DNA from: Terracidiphilus sp.
GTDB taxonomy: Bacteria > Acidobacteriota > Terriglobia > Terriglobales > Acidobacteriaceae
Direction: 5' to 3'
Length of the DNA: 64,000 nucleotides
Assembly (NCBI GenBank): GCA_052145255.1
Contig: JBKQOX010000026.1
Coordinates: 33,528-97,527 of the forward strand
Shown piece by piece: positions 20,462-30,249 of the stretch (the first letter of the stretch is position 1; every line of letters starts with the position of its first letter). Made by a program: the position numbers and the translations under genes. A model generated the notes under the pieces. The model searched no databases and was not told the DNA's origin. It saw only the letters and a program-made list of their open reading frames with translations.

Positions 20462-22165
20462 TTAGAGTTGGAAGAACAGCCAGCCGCCATCGAATGCAGA
20501 TGCGGTTGGCCGATGGGAATGTGAACCTGTTGTTCGCGCAGACTTAGTGTCCGTGGTCGCGCCCGTCGGAGATCCTGTCATGGTGTTTGCCGGATACACA
20601 AGCAGAATCAGGTGCGTGACGGAAATCTGCGCGACCGGGGACGTGTTGCGCTTGCTGGTTGCGTCGTCGCTTTGTATTTGCGCGTCAGCGCCGGTTTCAT
20701 AGTCGGCGACTTCTCTGGACGTTGTTGCAGAAGATTGCGGTGCAGACGTCTCCACTTCTTCCCAGGCTGTGAGAACAATAAATTCCTGACCTTGCGTGGA
20801 AACCGCCGCCGGCGTGGAGGCTGCTGCATTCACCATCACCTGGTGTGGCGTAGCCTTACGATCTGTCATCGCCGTCTCAGCTGTCTCGTTGCTGCGGGGT
20901 GACCGAGCAGCAACGGGCGGCCCTGCCGCGCTGCGCGTTGCAGGAACAATAGACTTCGTCTCAATTGCGCGGTAATCCCTGGAAGGATGGAATACTGCAT
21001 TGGCGCCCGTCGGGCCTGGCTCACTCATTCGATCATCGGAAATCCGCGCGAGACGCGGAGCATCGGTCTGCTGCGGCGCGAGATCGGCCATCTGCGCGTC
21101 GGGCTTCGGCGCGGCAACAAACGCGACCAACTGCGGGCTGCGCGACAGTTCAACCGCTCCAACAAGCAAGCCGCATCCAACCATACCGACCAGCGCCCCC
21201 GCCGCCAGCGGATGGAGCGCCCGCCTGCGCCGAAGGATGCTGTCGACGCGGTGAACCAGTTCCGGCCGGCGTTCGAATACGCCCAGCGAAAGCGCCTGCG
21301 CACGGCGCAAAAACTCCCGCCGCTCGAATTCGCGGCGTTGCAGTCCGCGCTCTGCAAGGGCAGTCAGGCAGGCCGCATAGGTGCGCGGAGCCTGCGTCCT
21401 CTGAACCACTCCTTCGTCGCAGGCCATCTCGCGCTCGCGGCACAGGCGCCGCTCCATCCACGCCAGCGCCGGATTCAATGGAAATAGCACGAGAGCAAGT
21501 TTCTGCAGCAGATTCGTCCAGTCATCACGCCGACGCAGATGTTCGGCTTCATGCAAAATCACTTGTTGAAGCTCGCCCGGAGTCAGCCGCGAATAGAGCC
21601 ACTCGGGAATGAGTATCCGCGGCGCAAAAAAGCCAATAACGCTCGGCCGGTCAAGGTCGGGCGTGGTGCAAATCCCGATGGGCCGCCCAGGCAATCCCGC
21701 AAGCAGCGAGTGAAGATTCCCGTCCATTTCGATAGGGGTTGCGCCGCGCCACAGTCTGCGCAGCCGCAACAAATGAAAAACCAGCTCTGCAGCACGAAGT
21801 GTTGAAGCAGCCAACCACAAAGCGGCGATGGCGAATCCCCATCGGCTGTCCAGCTGGAGCCAGGGCCTTGCTGTTACTCCACCGGCCTGCGTAGCGGCGA
21901 TCACAGTGCCGGAATGCTCGAGAAATGGCAAGAACGGCAACAGAGCCGCAACTGCAAATCCCGCTGCCCAAGCCGCAAAGCGATGCGCAGCGGAGATGCG
22001 GAGCACGAGTCGCAGGCAAAGGACCAACGCAAGCGCAACCAGCGCGTCCTGCCAAAGCGCCGCCACAGCCGCCGGTGCCGCAGCGTGCGCAAAACCAGCG
22101 AATGCCGCTCTCACCGATTCAGCGAGACCCGCCAAAACCGAATCCGCTATCTGCATCAAGGGCAT
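20462..22165 (-). CDS. BlaR1/MecR1-like M56 metallopeptidase without a penicillin-binding sensor domain
   Basis: TM helices, PSVIGFFAPRILIP, ILHEAEHLRRRDD, FPLNP, EMACDE; low-complexity Ala/Thr/Ser/Pro-rich C-terminus. Confidence 0.88.
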   Translation of the reverse strand: MPLMQIADSVLAGLAESVRAAFAGFAHAAAPAAVAALWQDALVALALVLCLRLVLRISAAHRFAAWAAGFAVAALLPFLPFLEHSGTVIAATQAGGVTARPWLQLDSRWGFAIAALWLAASTLRAAELVFHLLRLRRLWRGATPIEMDGNLHSLLAGLPGRPIGICTTPDLDRPSVIGFFAPRILIPEWLYSRLTPGELQQVILHEAEHLRRRDDWTNLLQKLALVLFPLNPALAWMERRLCREREMACDEGVVQRTQAPRTYAACLTALAERGLQRREFERREFLRRAQALSLGVFERRPELVHRVDSILRRRRALHPLAAGALVGMVGCGLLVGAVELSRSPQLVAFVAAPKPDAQMADLAPQQTDAPRLARISDDRMSEPGPTGANAVFHPSRDYRAIETKSIVPATRSAAGPPVAARSPRSNETAETAMTDRKATPHQVMVNAAASTPAAVSTQGQEFIVLTAWEEVETSAPQSSATTSREVADYETGADAQIQSDDATSKRNTSPVAQISVTHLILLVYPANTMTGSPTGATTDTKSARTTGSHSHRPTASAFDGGWLFFQL

Positions 22166-22167
22166 GA

Positions 22168-22599
22168 TTATCTCTCGCCTCGCGCCTTACCGGGCGCCGC
22201 GTTCCGGATCGCTTCTTTATCGGGCGACGCGCTGCGAATCGCGTCGCGCAGTCGGTCCAGCTCCTCGGTGGAGATTTCCTTATCGCCCAGCAGGCTTAAC
22301 AGCAGCTTCTCGCGCGAGTTGCCAAAGAAGCGATTCATCACGTTGCGCACCTCTGAGCGGCCCGCCTCGTTTTCTTTGACGCATGGCCAGTAAACAAAGG
22401 CCCGCCCTTCCTGGCGATGTTCGACGTAACCCTTTTGCTCCAGGATTCGGATGGTGGTGAGCACAGAATTGTAGGCCAGTTGTTCGCCTTCCGGCAGGGC
22501 TTCAACCAGGTCGGTAACGGCCGACTCGCCGCGCCGCCAGAGGATCTTCATCAGCCTCAGCTCGGCTTCGGTCAACGTATTGGATTTTCTTGGCGGCAT
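22168..22599 (-). CDS. BlaI/MecI/CopY family repressor
   Basis: LTEAELRLMKILW, LAYNSVLTTIRILEQKGYV, FFGNSREKLLLSLL. Confidence 0.93.
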   Translation of the reverse strand: MPPRKSNTLTEAELRLMKILWRRGESAVTDLVEALPEGEQLAYNSVLTTIRILEQKGYVEHRQEGRAFVYWPCVKENEAGRSEVRNVMNRFFGNSREKLLLSLLGDKEISTEELDRLRDAIRSASPDKEAIRNAAPGKARGER

Positions 22600-22668
22600 C
22601 GCTAAGCGACTGATCCTAATAGATGAATCTCTTCCATCCCTGTGTCTTCGTCCGTCTTATAGACGAAC

Positions 22669-22684
22669 AACTAAAGGATTAGTT
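22669..22684. promoter_or_regulatory. Putative BlaI-family operator upstream of blaI
   Basis: AACTAA-AGGA-TTAGTT perfect 6-4-6 palindrome; a minus-strand TATAAG -10-like box lies at 22657-22662. Confidence 0.7.
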
Positions 22685-22923
22685 ACCAGAAATGCCGAGA
22701 TTTTTCAAGAGCCCGCGGCGACCCGTTCATTCTCCGCGCAAACCGCCCTCTCGAAATCTCTGCCCTGTGCTACGATCCGTGCAAGCGTTCACGCAATCGC
22801 TTTCTTGCACGAAAATTCTGGACTGAGCCGTTGGTTTCTTCCGGCGCGATCACCCGCGAGGACCGTCCAAAAAACGGCGCGTTACCGGCACAATGAACGC
22901 GTCGCAGGCGCATAGAGGATGAC

Positions 22924-23907
22924 ATGAACACCCAGCTCAGGCCGATGACCCTTGGCGAGATTCTTGACCGGACCGCCGAACTCTACCGAACTCACTTCCT
23001 GCTTTTTGCCGGGATCTCTTCCATCTTCGCCGTGATCATGCTCGCCGTGCAGCTTTTGTATCTGCGCTCGCTCGTCCTGCTCGGATATCCCAACTTGATG
23101 GCGCATTGGCAATGGGGAACGGCCTCGGTCGCCATGGTTGAAGCACTCGTCGTCCTGATGCTGGCCGGGCTGTCGATCGCCGCCAACAATCGGGCAGTTG
23201 CGTGGGTGTACCTGGACAAGCCTGCGACGATTCGTGCCGCTGCCAAAAGCGTCGTGCCCCGCCTGCGAACCTATTTGTGGCTTATGACGATCACCGCATT
23301 CCGCGCGTGGGCGCCCTTCGCCGCGCTTTACGTTGCTTTCATTGGCATCGCATTTGCGGTCCTTCCTCACGGCTTGATCACGAATCCAACGGCGGTGCAG
23401 GGCGCGGCTCAGCAAATCCCTGGCGCCATCATGGCTGCGGGCATCGGCATGCTCGTTCTCATGCCGTTTTTTGCATTGGCTTTCGTGTATGGAGTGTGGA
23501 TGACGCTTCGCTATTCGCTCGCAGTGCCCGCTTGCGTCGTGGAAGATTTGCCGGCGACCCCTGCAATCAAGCGCAGCATTTCACTTAGCGAAGGCTCGCG
23601 CGGGCGGATCTTCGTCCTCGGCCTCCTGGTGTATGCGGTGCGTACGGTGCTGGGGATTCTGTTCGGTTTCCCCATGATCGCTCTTGCTTTAAAACATCCC
23701 GGCCAGCCGCTCCCTCTGCTCTGGATGGTTGTGGCTCAAATCGGCAGCTTCGTGACCAGCGCATTGATCGGCCCCATCTACTCCACCGGCCTCACGCTCT
23801 TTTATTACGACCAGCGCATTCGCAAGGAAGGCTTCGACATCGAGTGGATGATGCAGGCCGCGGGACTCTCACCGCAAACCGAGTTGCCGGCGCCGCAAAA
23901 TTCCTGA
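22924..23907 (+). CDS. Multi-TM membrane protein, paralogue 1 (MoxR-cluster associated)
   Basis: LRPMTLGEILDRTAELYR, several TMs, YYDQRIRKEGFDIEWMMQ. Confidence 0.85.
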   Translation: MNTQLRPMTLGEILDRTAELYRTHFLLFAGISSIFAVIMLAVQLLYLRSLVLLGYPNLMAHWQWGTASVAMVEALVVLMLAGLSIAANNRAVAWVYLDKPATIRAAAKSVVPRLRTYLWLMTITAFRAWAPFAALYVAFIGIAFAVLPHGLITNPTAVQGAAQQIPGAIMAAGIGMLVLMPFFALAFVYGVWMTLRYSLAVPACVVEDLPATPAIKRSISLSEGSRGRIFVLGLLVYAVRTVLGILFGFPMIALALKHPGQPLPLLWMVVAQIGSFVTSALIGPIYSTGLTLFYYDQRIRKEGFDIEWMMQAAGLSPQTELPAPQNS

Positions 23908-23923
23908 GCCAGCGAGGATTCTC

Positions 23924-24949
23924 ATGAGCGAGACATTTCGACCCTCTACACTCGGGGAGATTCTCGATCGCACGGCGCAGATTTATCGCCGCAACTTCTG
24001 GCTCTTTGCCGGCGTGGCGGCTTTGCCCATCGGCGCGATCTTCGCTCTCACGGCGATTGGAGGTGCTTTATTCGGGGCCGCAACAGTGGCATTCAGGGCC
24101 AGCAACCTGGCCAATCCTGCTGCCATCGCACTCGTCGTTCTGATCGTTTTGATCGCAGCGCCGGTCTACATTGCAGCGGCCGTTTTCTCCTCCGCAGGGC
24201 TCACAGAGGCGGCAGCGAGCACGAGTCGCGACGAAAAGATCACCATCCGCGGCGCGTTCAAGAAGGTGACGCCGCGGTTCTGGCGCTACCTGTGGCTCAT
24301 CATTCTGCAGGGGATTGTAGTGGGTCTGATCCCGGCGGCGATTGCGGGCGCCGTGATCGGAGTTCTGCTATTTGTTGGAACGCTTGCCGGAGCAGGCACC
24401 TCCACCGCCATCGCCGTGGGATTTCTCGTCTTTATCGTTGTGGTCGCGGCGGTGGTCGTCATCATCGAGCTTGTGTTGGGTTATTCGATCAGCCTCCCCG
24501 TGTGTGTCCTGGAGAAAAAGCCAGCGTGGGATTCGCTCAAGCGCGGATGGAGTTTAAGCAAGGGCACGCGCGGGCGCATCTTCGTCATGTTTCTGCTGGT
24601 CATGGCACTGGCCATGGCCGTGTCGATGATCTCGGCAATTCCATCCATGATCATCATCTTCACTTCCGCGGCCGGCGGATCTCAGCCCGCCACTGGATCG
24701 GTTGCATTTATCGTGGCTGAAATTACAAGAGCCGTCCTGGATCTCGTTCTTCAGGTCGCGCTCGCGCCCATCTCCGCGATTGCGCTTGTGCTCTTCTATT
24801 ACGACCAGCGCATCCGCAAGGAAGGTTTCGATATTGAGTGGATGATGCAGCAGGCCGGGCTTACGCCGACCGCATCCCAGGCGCCGACGGCGCCAGCCCT
24901 GGGTATTTCCGGGCCGGTTGCGCCCCCTGATACCGTGGAAGAACCATGA
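23924..24949 (+). CDS. Multi-TM membrane protein, paralogue 2
   Basis: FRPSTLGEILDRTAQIYR, YYDQRIRKEGFDIEWMMQ; same terminal motifs as the previous gene. Confidence 0.85.
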   Translation: MSETFRPSTLGEILDRTAQIYRRNFWLFAGVAALPIGAIFALTAIGGALFGAATVAFRASNLANPAAIALVVLIVLIAAPVYIAAAVFSSAGLTEAAASTSRDEKITIRGAFKKVTPRFWRYLWLIILQGIVVGLIPAAIAGAVIGVLLFVGTLAGAGTSTAIAVGFLVFIVVVAAVVVIIELVLGYSISLPVCVLEKKPAWDSLKRGWSLSKGTRGRIFVMFLLVMALAMAVSMISAIPSMIIIFTSAAGGSQPATGSVAFIVAEITRAVLDLVLQVALAPISAIALVLFYYDQRIRKEGFDIEWMMQQAGLTPTASQAPTAPALGISGPVAPPDTVEEP

Positions 24950-26064
24950 ATCTGGGGTGCCCGAGATCAGGTTGGCGCCACGCCGCAGCACGTTCGGTGG
25001 TAGCTCTCGCGCTGCTCGTCCCACTCGCTGCCGGGCTAATCTCTGCGCGCGCCCAGGAGCCTACTGCCGAACCCGGCTGGCGCAGTGCGACCGTCGCCGA
25101 ATACCAGCAGCACCTCAAGGATCTCGACGCGATTGTCGCCGCATGCCAGAAGCAGCGGTCCGGGGCGGCCGCGGCACAGTCCATTTTTCCGGCGTGCAAT
25201 CCGGCGCAAATCGGTCCCGATGATCGCGTCCAAGGTTTCGCCGCTGCGCCTTCGCAGACGCGCGAGGTGCGATACGACTGGCTGCGCTCCGTTCTCACGC
25301 GTGCCGCGAAAAAGGACGGTGCAACGCAGAAGACGATTTTCGGCGCAATTCCCCACCCCAACAACAAACCGGTCTCACTTGATTCGCTGCTGGCCGTATC
25401 GCGCCAGCGCCTTCAGGACGACGCAGCGCAAGCGGGAGCGCCACCTGCGTCGACTCCAAACTTCAGCGACGAGCGAAAATCCCTGAACACCATCCTCTCG
25501 CAACGCGCGTATCAAGGCGTCACGCAAGTGTCGACCATGGATCGCCTTCGCGAATGGTTTGACAACCTGCTCGACAGATTTTTCTCGGGGCTGGTGCGCT
25601 TTGGATCGCACGCGCCGTGGATCGTGTGGCTGCTGCGCATCCTGCTGCTCGTGGCCATTTGCACAGCGCTGGTCTGGTTTCTCCTGCGTATCGAGCGGCG
25701 CTCGCGTCTCCGCGTGGTTCCCGAAATCGAGCCCGCGCCTGGCGCGCCTTCTGCGCGCGAATGGCAACTGTGGCTCCGCGATGCTCAAGATATGGCTGCG
25801 CGTGGCCAGTGGCGCGAGGCTATTCACTTCATTTATTGGGCAGCGATCGCGCGTTTGGAGTCGAAGCGAATGTGGCCGGCTGATCGCGCACGCACTCCAC
25901 GCGAGTATCTCGCCCTGCTGGCTGGAACCGACCCGCGCAAAACCAATCTCACAGCCCTCACGCGGAGTTTCGAGCGCACCTGGTACGGCGGCCGCACGGC
26001 CCAGGCTTCCGACTTCAACGCCGCTCTGGAACAGGCCGCGGCACTGGGGGTCGCGACGGAATGA
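24946..26064 (+). CDS. DUF4129 domain protein
   Basis: Signal peptide, one TM, C-terminal WREAIHFIYWAAIARLE...RARTPREY...LTRSFERTWYG. Confidence 0.85.
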   Translation: MNLGCPRSGWRHAAARSVVALALLVPLAAGLISARAQEPTAEPGWRSATVAEYQQHLKDLDAIVAACQKQRSGAAAAQSIFPACNPAQIGPDDRVQGFAAAPSQTREVRYDWLRSVLTRAAKKDGATQKTIFGAIPHPNNKPVSLDSLLAVSRQRLQDDAAQAGAPPASTPNFSDERKSLNTILSQRAYQGVTQVSTMDRLREWFDNLLDRFFSGLVRFGSHAPWIVWLLRILLLVAICTALVWFLLRIERRSRLRVVPEIEPAPGAPSAREWQLWLRDAQDMAARGQWREAIHFIYWAAIARLESKRMWPADRARTPREYLALLAGTDPRKTNLTALTRSFERTWYGGRTAQASDFNAALEQAAALGVATE

Positions 26065-27254
26065 AGCTCTTCCCCTCACTCGACGCGAAGGACCGCAGGC
26101 TGCTCACCGGTTGCATGATCGCGGTAATCGTTCTCGCATTTGTGACCGCATTCCTGTCGCGCAACGAAAACGACGACAACAATACCGTGCCAAGCTCCTA
26201 CCTGACTGGCAAGCACGGCGCGCGCGCAGCCTACGAATTGCTGCAGGCAAGCGGATACAACGTGCAGCGATGGGAGCAACCGTTGAGCGATCTGGCCGAA
26301 CGCGCCGACGGCCAGACGGTCGTCATCTTCGCCGAGCCTGACCAGGGTGACGTCGCGGCGGAAGATCTGAAGGCGGTGCGGGACATCGTCGCCAGGGGCG
26401 GCCGCATCTTGGTCACGGGATGGTCGGGCGGAATGATTGCGCCCGACGGCAACGCCCAGCCGCCGACGCAGTTTCAAGTCGCGTGCAAGCTTACTCCGCA
26501 GGGACTCGATCCGCTTGCCGGCGCCGGCGAAGTGTGGATGGTTCCTGAAGCCAGTTGGGGATTCGACCACCCGCTCGATCGGGTGCAATACAACTGCGCG
26601 GGCACTCCGGCAGTCGTGGAGTACTCCGAAGGCAAAGGCGGGGTGATTTGGTGGGCAAGCTCCACACCCATTGAAAACAGCACCATCAGCCGCGCCGACA
26701 ACCTGAACCTCTTTCTGAACGCGCTTGGCGCCCGCGAAGAGCACAGGATCTACTGGGATGAGTCGCTGCACGGCGAAACTCGCACGGAGTGGTTCTACGC
26801 CAGCGGACCGGCAATCTGGCTTTTGCGAGGTGCGCTTGTCGCGATCGGGCTGCTGATTCTCTTCAGCTTCAGCCGGCGCCGCGGGCCGGTGCGCGACCTG
26901 CCGGCCCCGGTGCGCGCTTCTCCAGTCGAATTCCTTGAGGCGCTGGGCTCGCTCTACGCGGAGGCGCGGGCCTCAGCCACTGCGGTTGAGCTCGCTTTTG
27001 AGCGCTTCCGCCGCCGCATGGGCGATCTGTGCGGACTAAAGGGCGCAAAGATGAGTGCGGAGGAGTTGGCGAAGGCGTTGCGCCGACGCTTCCCGCAGGC
27101 CTCACCGGAGCTGGAGAAAGATCTGGCCGATTGCGAGGTGGCCGCGACGAACGATAAGCTGCCGCCCAAAAGCGCGCTGGCGCTGGTGCAGGCGCTGAAC
27201 CGGCATAGCGAGTTGCTGACCGCCGCGGCGCGTGCGGGCCCGGCGCATCGATAA
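26061..27254 (+). CDS. DUF4350 domain protein
   Basis: N-terminal TM, PSSY..GKHGARAAYELL, IYWDESLHG, second TM, RRRGPVR, VEFLEALGSLY. Confidence 0.85.
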   Translation: MKLFPSLDAKDRRLLTGCMIAVIVLAFVTAFLSRNENDDNNTVPSSYLTGKHGARAAYELLQASGYNVQRWEQPLSDLAERADGQTVVIFAEPDQGDVAAEDLKAVRDIVARGGRILVTGWSGGMIAPDGNAQPPTQFQVACKLTPQGLDPLAGAGEVWMVPEASWGFDHPLDRVQYNCAGTPAVVEYSEGKGGVIWWASSTPIENSTISRADNLNLFLNALGAREEHRIYWDESLHGETRTEWFYASGPAIWLLRGALVAIGLLILFSFSRRRGPVRDLPAPVRASPVEFLEALGSLYAEARASATAVELAFERFRRRMGDLCGLKGAKMSAEELAKALRRRFPQASPELEKDLADCEVAATNDKLPPKSALALVQALNRHSELLTAAARAGPAHR

Positions 27255-27323
27255 AGGTGAATCGGGGAAAATGGAACGTGCCCGAAAGATCAAAAGATCG
27301 AAGCAGAAAGCAAGGAGACGGGA

Positions 27324-28325
27324 ATGACCGAGGAAACGAATCTGGGACAGGGCTCGCAATTGACGAGCGCGGCGCTGCCGGCGACGCAGCAGCTTCTCGC
27401 CGCCTCGCGCTCGGAACTGGGGCGCGTGATCGCGGGACAAAGCGAAGTGATCGGCGAGGTTCTGGTCGCTGTATTGACGCAGGGTCACGCGCTGCTTGAA
27501 GGCGTGCCGGGCATTGCGAAAACGCTCATCGTCAAGTCGGTCGGCCGCCTGCTTGGCCTCGGCTTCCAGCGCGTGCAGGGCACGCCGGACCTGATGCCGG
27601 CCGACATTCTGGGCACCACAATGTTTCGGCCGGGCACCGACACCTTCACCTTCCACGCCGGCCCGGTCTTCACCGACCTGCTCCTGGTGGACGAGATCAA
27701 CCGAATGCCTCCGCGCACGCAGGCCGCGCTGCTTGAATGTATGGAAGAGCGGCAAGTGACAAGCGACGGCGTGCAGCGCCCACTTCCGCCATGGTTCACC
27801 GTCTTCGCCACTGAAAATCCCATCGACTTTGAAGGCACCTATCCACTGCCCGAGGCGCAGCTTGATCGCTTTCTGCTCAAAATCAAAGTGGGCTACCCGC
27901 CTCCGGACGACGAACGGCTGATGCTCGAGCGCCATCACGGCGCGGCCCAGGGAAACCTGCTCGAAAATGCGAAGATTCAGCCGCTTCCTGCCCAGCTTCT
28001 CGCTTCCGCGCGCGATGAGATTCGCGCCATCCGTGTGGAGAACGATCTTTACGGCTACATTCTCGATCTCGTTCGCCGCACGCGCGAGTGGCCCATGCTG
28101 GCGCTCGGAGCCAGCCCCCGTGCCGCGATCTGCCTGCTGCGCGTGGCGCAGGCATTCGCGGCCTTTGAAGACCGCGATTACATCATTCCCGACGACGTGA
28201 AGCGCGCCGTTCTGCCTGTCCTGCGCCATCGCATTATCCTCAAGCCGGAGGCGGAGCTTGAGGGCTTCGATCCAGACCGAGTCCTCAACGACGTTGTAGC
28301 CGCGGTTGCGGTGCCGCGAGGATGA
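27324..28325 (+). CDS. MoxR family AAA+ ATPase
   Basis: LLEGVPGIAKT, DLMPADILG, LLVDEINRMPPRTQAALLECMEERQVT, ATENPIDFEGTYPLPEAQLDRF, GASPRA. Confidence 0.95.
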   Translation: MTEETNLGQGSQLTSAALPATQQLLAASRSELGRVIAGQSEVIGEVLVAVLTQGHALLEGVPGIAKTLIVKSVGRLLGLGFQRVQGTPDLMPADILGTTMFRPGTDTFTFHAGPVFTDLLLVDEINRMPPRTQAALLECMEERQVTSDGVQRPLPPWFTVFATENPIDFEGTYPLPEAQLDRFLLKIKVGYPPPDDERLMLERHHGAAQGNLLENAKIQPLPAQLLASARDEIRAIRVENDLYGYILDLVRRTREWPMLALGASPRAAICLLRVAQAFAAFEDRDYIIPDDVKRAVLPVLRHRIILKPEAELEGFDPDRVLNDVVAAVAVPRG

Positions 28326-29722
28326 TTTCATCGTCCCTCCATCCCGAGCCGGTTCGCGCCGCTTGCAAGCCGCGCGGCCGCTTTGCGTTTGGCCTAACAT
28401 CGCGCACGATCTGGCTGCTTGTCGCTGGCCTTCTGCTCGCGCTGCCGGGATTCTTCCGGCCTACGTGGGGATACGGCATGCTCGTCTGGGATGCGCTGGT
28501 GCTGCTCGCGGTTCTTCTCGACGGATTGCGATTGCCGCTCGCGCACGAGATCACGATCGAGCGCTCCTGGAGCAACGTGCCTTCGCTCGACAGTGAAACC
28601 GAAATCCAACTTGCCGTCGAGCACAGCGCAGAGACAATACTCGAGTGCCACCTGGTTGATGACTTGCCCGACGCATTGGTCGCCGCGCCCGCCACGCGCT
28701 TCCTGCGCGCATTTCCCCGCGTGCGCGCCGCGCTCCGTTACAAAATCAGGCCGCGCGAGCGCGGCGATGTTCGCGCCGGCCAAGTCTACGTTCGCTATGC
28801 TTCGCCGCTCGGGCTGGTGGAGCGCTGGGCCATGGCCCCGCTCGAGCAGCCGGTGCGCGTCTATCCGGCGCTGCGCCAGGGCGAGGATCAGGAGATCTTT
28901 CTCGCTCGCGGCCGCCAGATCGATCTTCAGCTACGGCGCGCGCGCGAGCGCGGACTGGGCCGCGACTTCGAGAGCCTCCGCGAATATCTCGAAGGCGACG
29001 ATCTGCGCGATGTCTGCTGGACAGCGACCGCACGCCGCGGCCAGTTGATCACACGCCGCTACCAGACCGAGCGCAGCCAGGCAGTATGGATCGTACTCGA
29101 CGCCGGCAGATTGCTGCGCGGCAGAATCCTCAGCGACGACGAAACGGAACGCCGTGGCCATTCCAAACTCGACTACGCGTGCTCCACCGCCGTGGCGCTT
29201 GCGCAACTGGCGCTTTTCTCCGGCGATCGCGTAGGCCTCCTTGTCTATGGACAGCATGTGCAGCAGCGAGTGCTTCCCGGCCGCGGCCACGCGCATCTGC
29301 GACAAATTGTTGAAGCGCTCGCGCAGGCGCGCGCCGAATTGAGCGAAGCTGATCATCTGCGCGCAACAGCAACGCTGAATCGCTGGCAGCCGCGCCGCGC
29401 GCTCATTCTCTGGATCACGGATCTCGCAGAAACCGCCATGCGCCCTGAAGTCATCGACGGCGCCATGCAGTTGCTGCATCGCCACGTGCTGCTTTTTGTC
29501 GCCATGGCCCAGCCCGACGTCGTTGCCATCGCCAACGCGCGACCGAAGAATGTCGAAGAAATGTTCCGCGCATCAGCAGCTCAAGAATTGACCACGCGGC
29601 GCGAATTGCTGCTCGCGCGCCTGCGCGACCAGGGCGCGCTCACCCTCGATCTCGATCCCGCGCTGCTCACATCGGCCGTGCTGAATCAGTATCTGAAGGT
29701 GAAAGAGCGGGCTATGGTGTAA
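28322..29722 (+). CDS. DUF58 domain protein (VWA-related MoxR partner) with N-terminal TMs
   Basis: DFESLREYLEGDDLRDVCWTATARRG, VLDAGR, GDRVGL; ATGA overlap with moxR. Confidence 0.9.
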   Translation: MISSSLHPEPVRAACKPRGRFAFGLTSRTIWLLVAGLLLALPGFFRPTWGYGMLVWDALVLLAVLLDGLRLPLAHEITIERSWSNVPSLDSETEIQLAVEHSAETILECHLVDDLPDALVAAPATRFLRAFPRVRAALRYKIRPRERGDVRAGQVYVRYASPLGLVERWAMAPLEQPVRVYPALRQGEDQEIFLARGRQIDLQLRRARERGLGRDFESLREYLEGDDLRDVCWTATARRGQLITRRYQTERSQAVWIVLDAGRLLRGRILSDDETERRGHSKLDYACSTAVALAQLALFSGDRVGLLVYGQHVQQRVLPGRGHAHLRQIVEALAQARAELSEADHLRATATLNRWQPRRALILWITDLAETAMRPEVIDGAMQLLHRHVLLFVAMAQPDVVAIANARPKNVEEMFRASAAQELTTRRELLLARLRDQGALTLDLDPALLTSAVLNQYLKVKERAMV

Positions 29723-29800
29723 GCGCGATTTTCCGATCCAAACTGTCTGAAATGAGGAAGATCCGAGCCTTTCCGCGCGGGTGCATAATTGCGCTAATCA

Positions 29801-29938
29801 TTGCTCATTCTAAAGGGGTTATTGGCCATCAATTCGACGTAATTTGCGGTCATTTTTCGATGTTTCTACGATCTGTTTGCTGATTCTAAACGAGTTATAT
29901 GGCGAAAAACAGGCGAAACATCCAAAATTTTTTCTTAA
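29801..29938 (-). repeat. AT-rich dispersed element, copy B (inverted relative to copy A)
   Basis: Cores at 29879-29898 and 29803-29822, also 76 bp apart. Confidence 0.85.
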
Positions 29939-30249
29939 TTTATTTTTTGCACTCGAGAAAGACAGCGGAGTTAGCTGGGCGAGCGGAGCTTGCTCGCGCC
30001 CCGGCGCGACTGCCGATTCGGAATGTTTCGGATGAATCCCCATACAAGATCAAGTGTAGAGATTTGGCGGAAATAATCGGCAAACTTCGCGAATTTTTTT
30101 TGCGCGTGTTTTCAGCGGATTGCGAAGGAGATCGCGAAGAGAGGCCTTGACAGCCGGGGAACCTGATCTTTCTGGATGGCGGGGCCGGACTGCGAACGGC
30201 TGAATTACATCTACTGATGGGAATGGCAGTTCATTGACCCAAGTTGAAA

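Noticed and set aside
29778-29805. dif/Xer-like site (…GTGCATAA-TTGCGC-…)
   Set aside because: The XerD arm (TTATGTTAAAT-like) is absent
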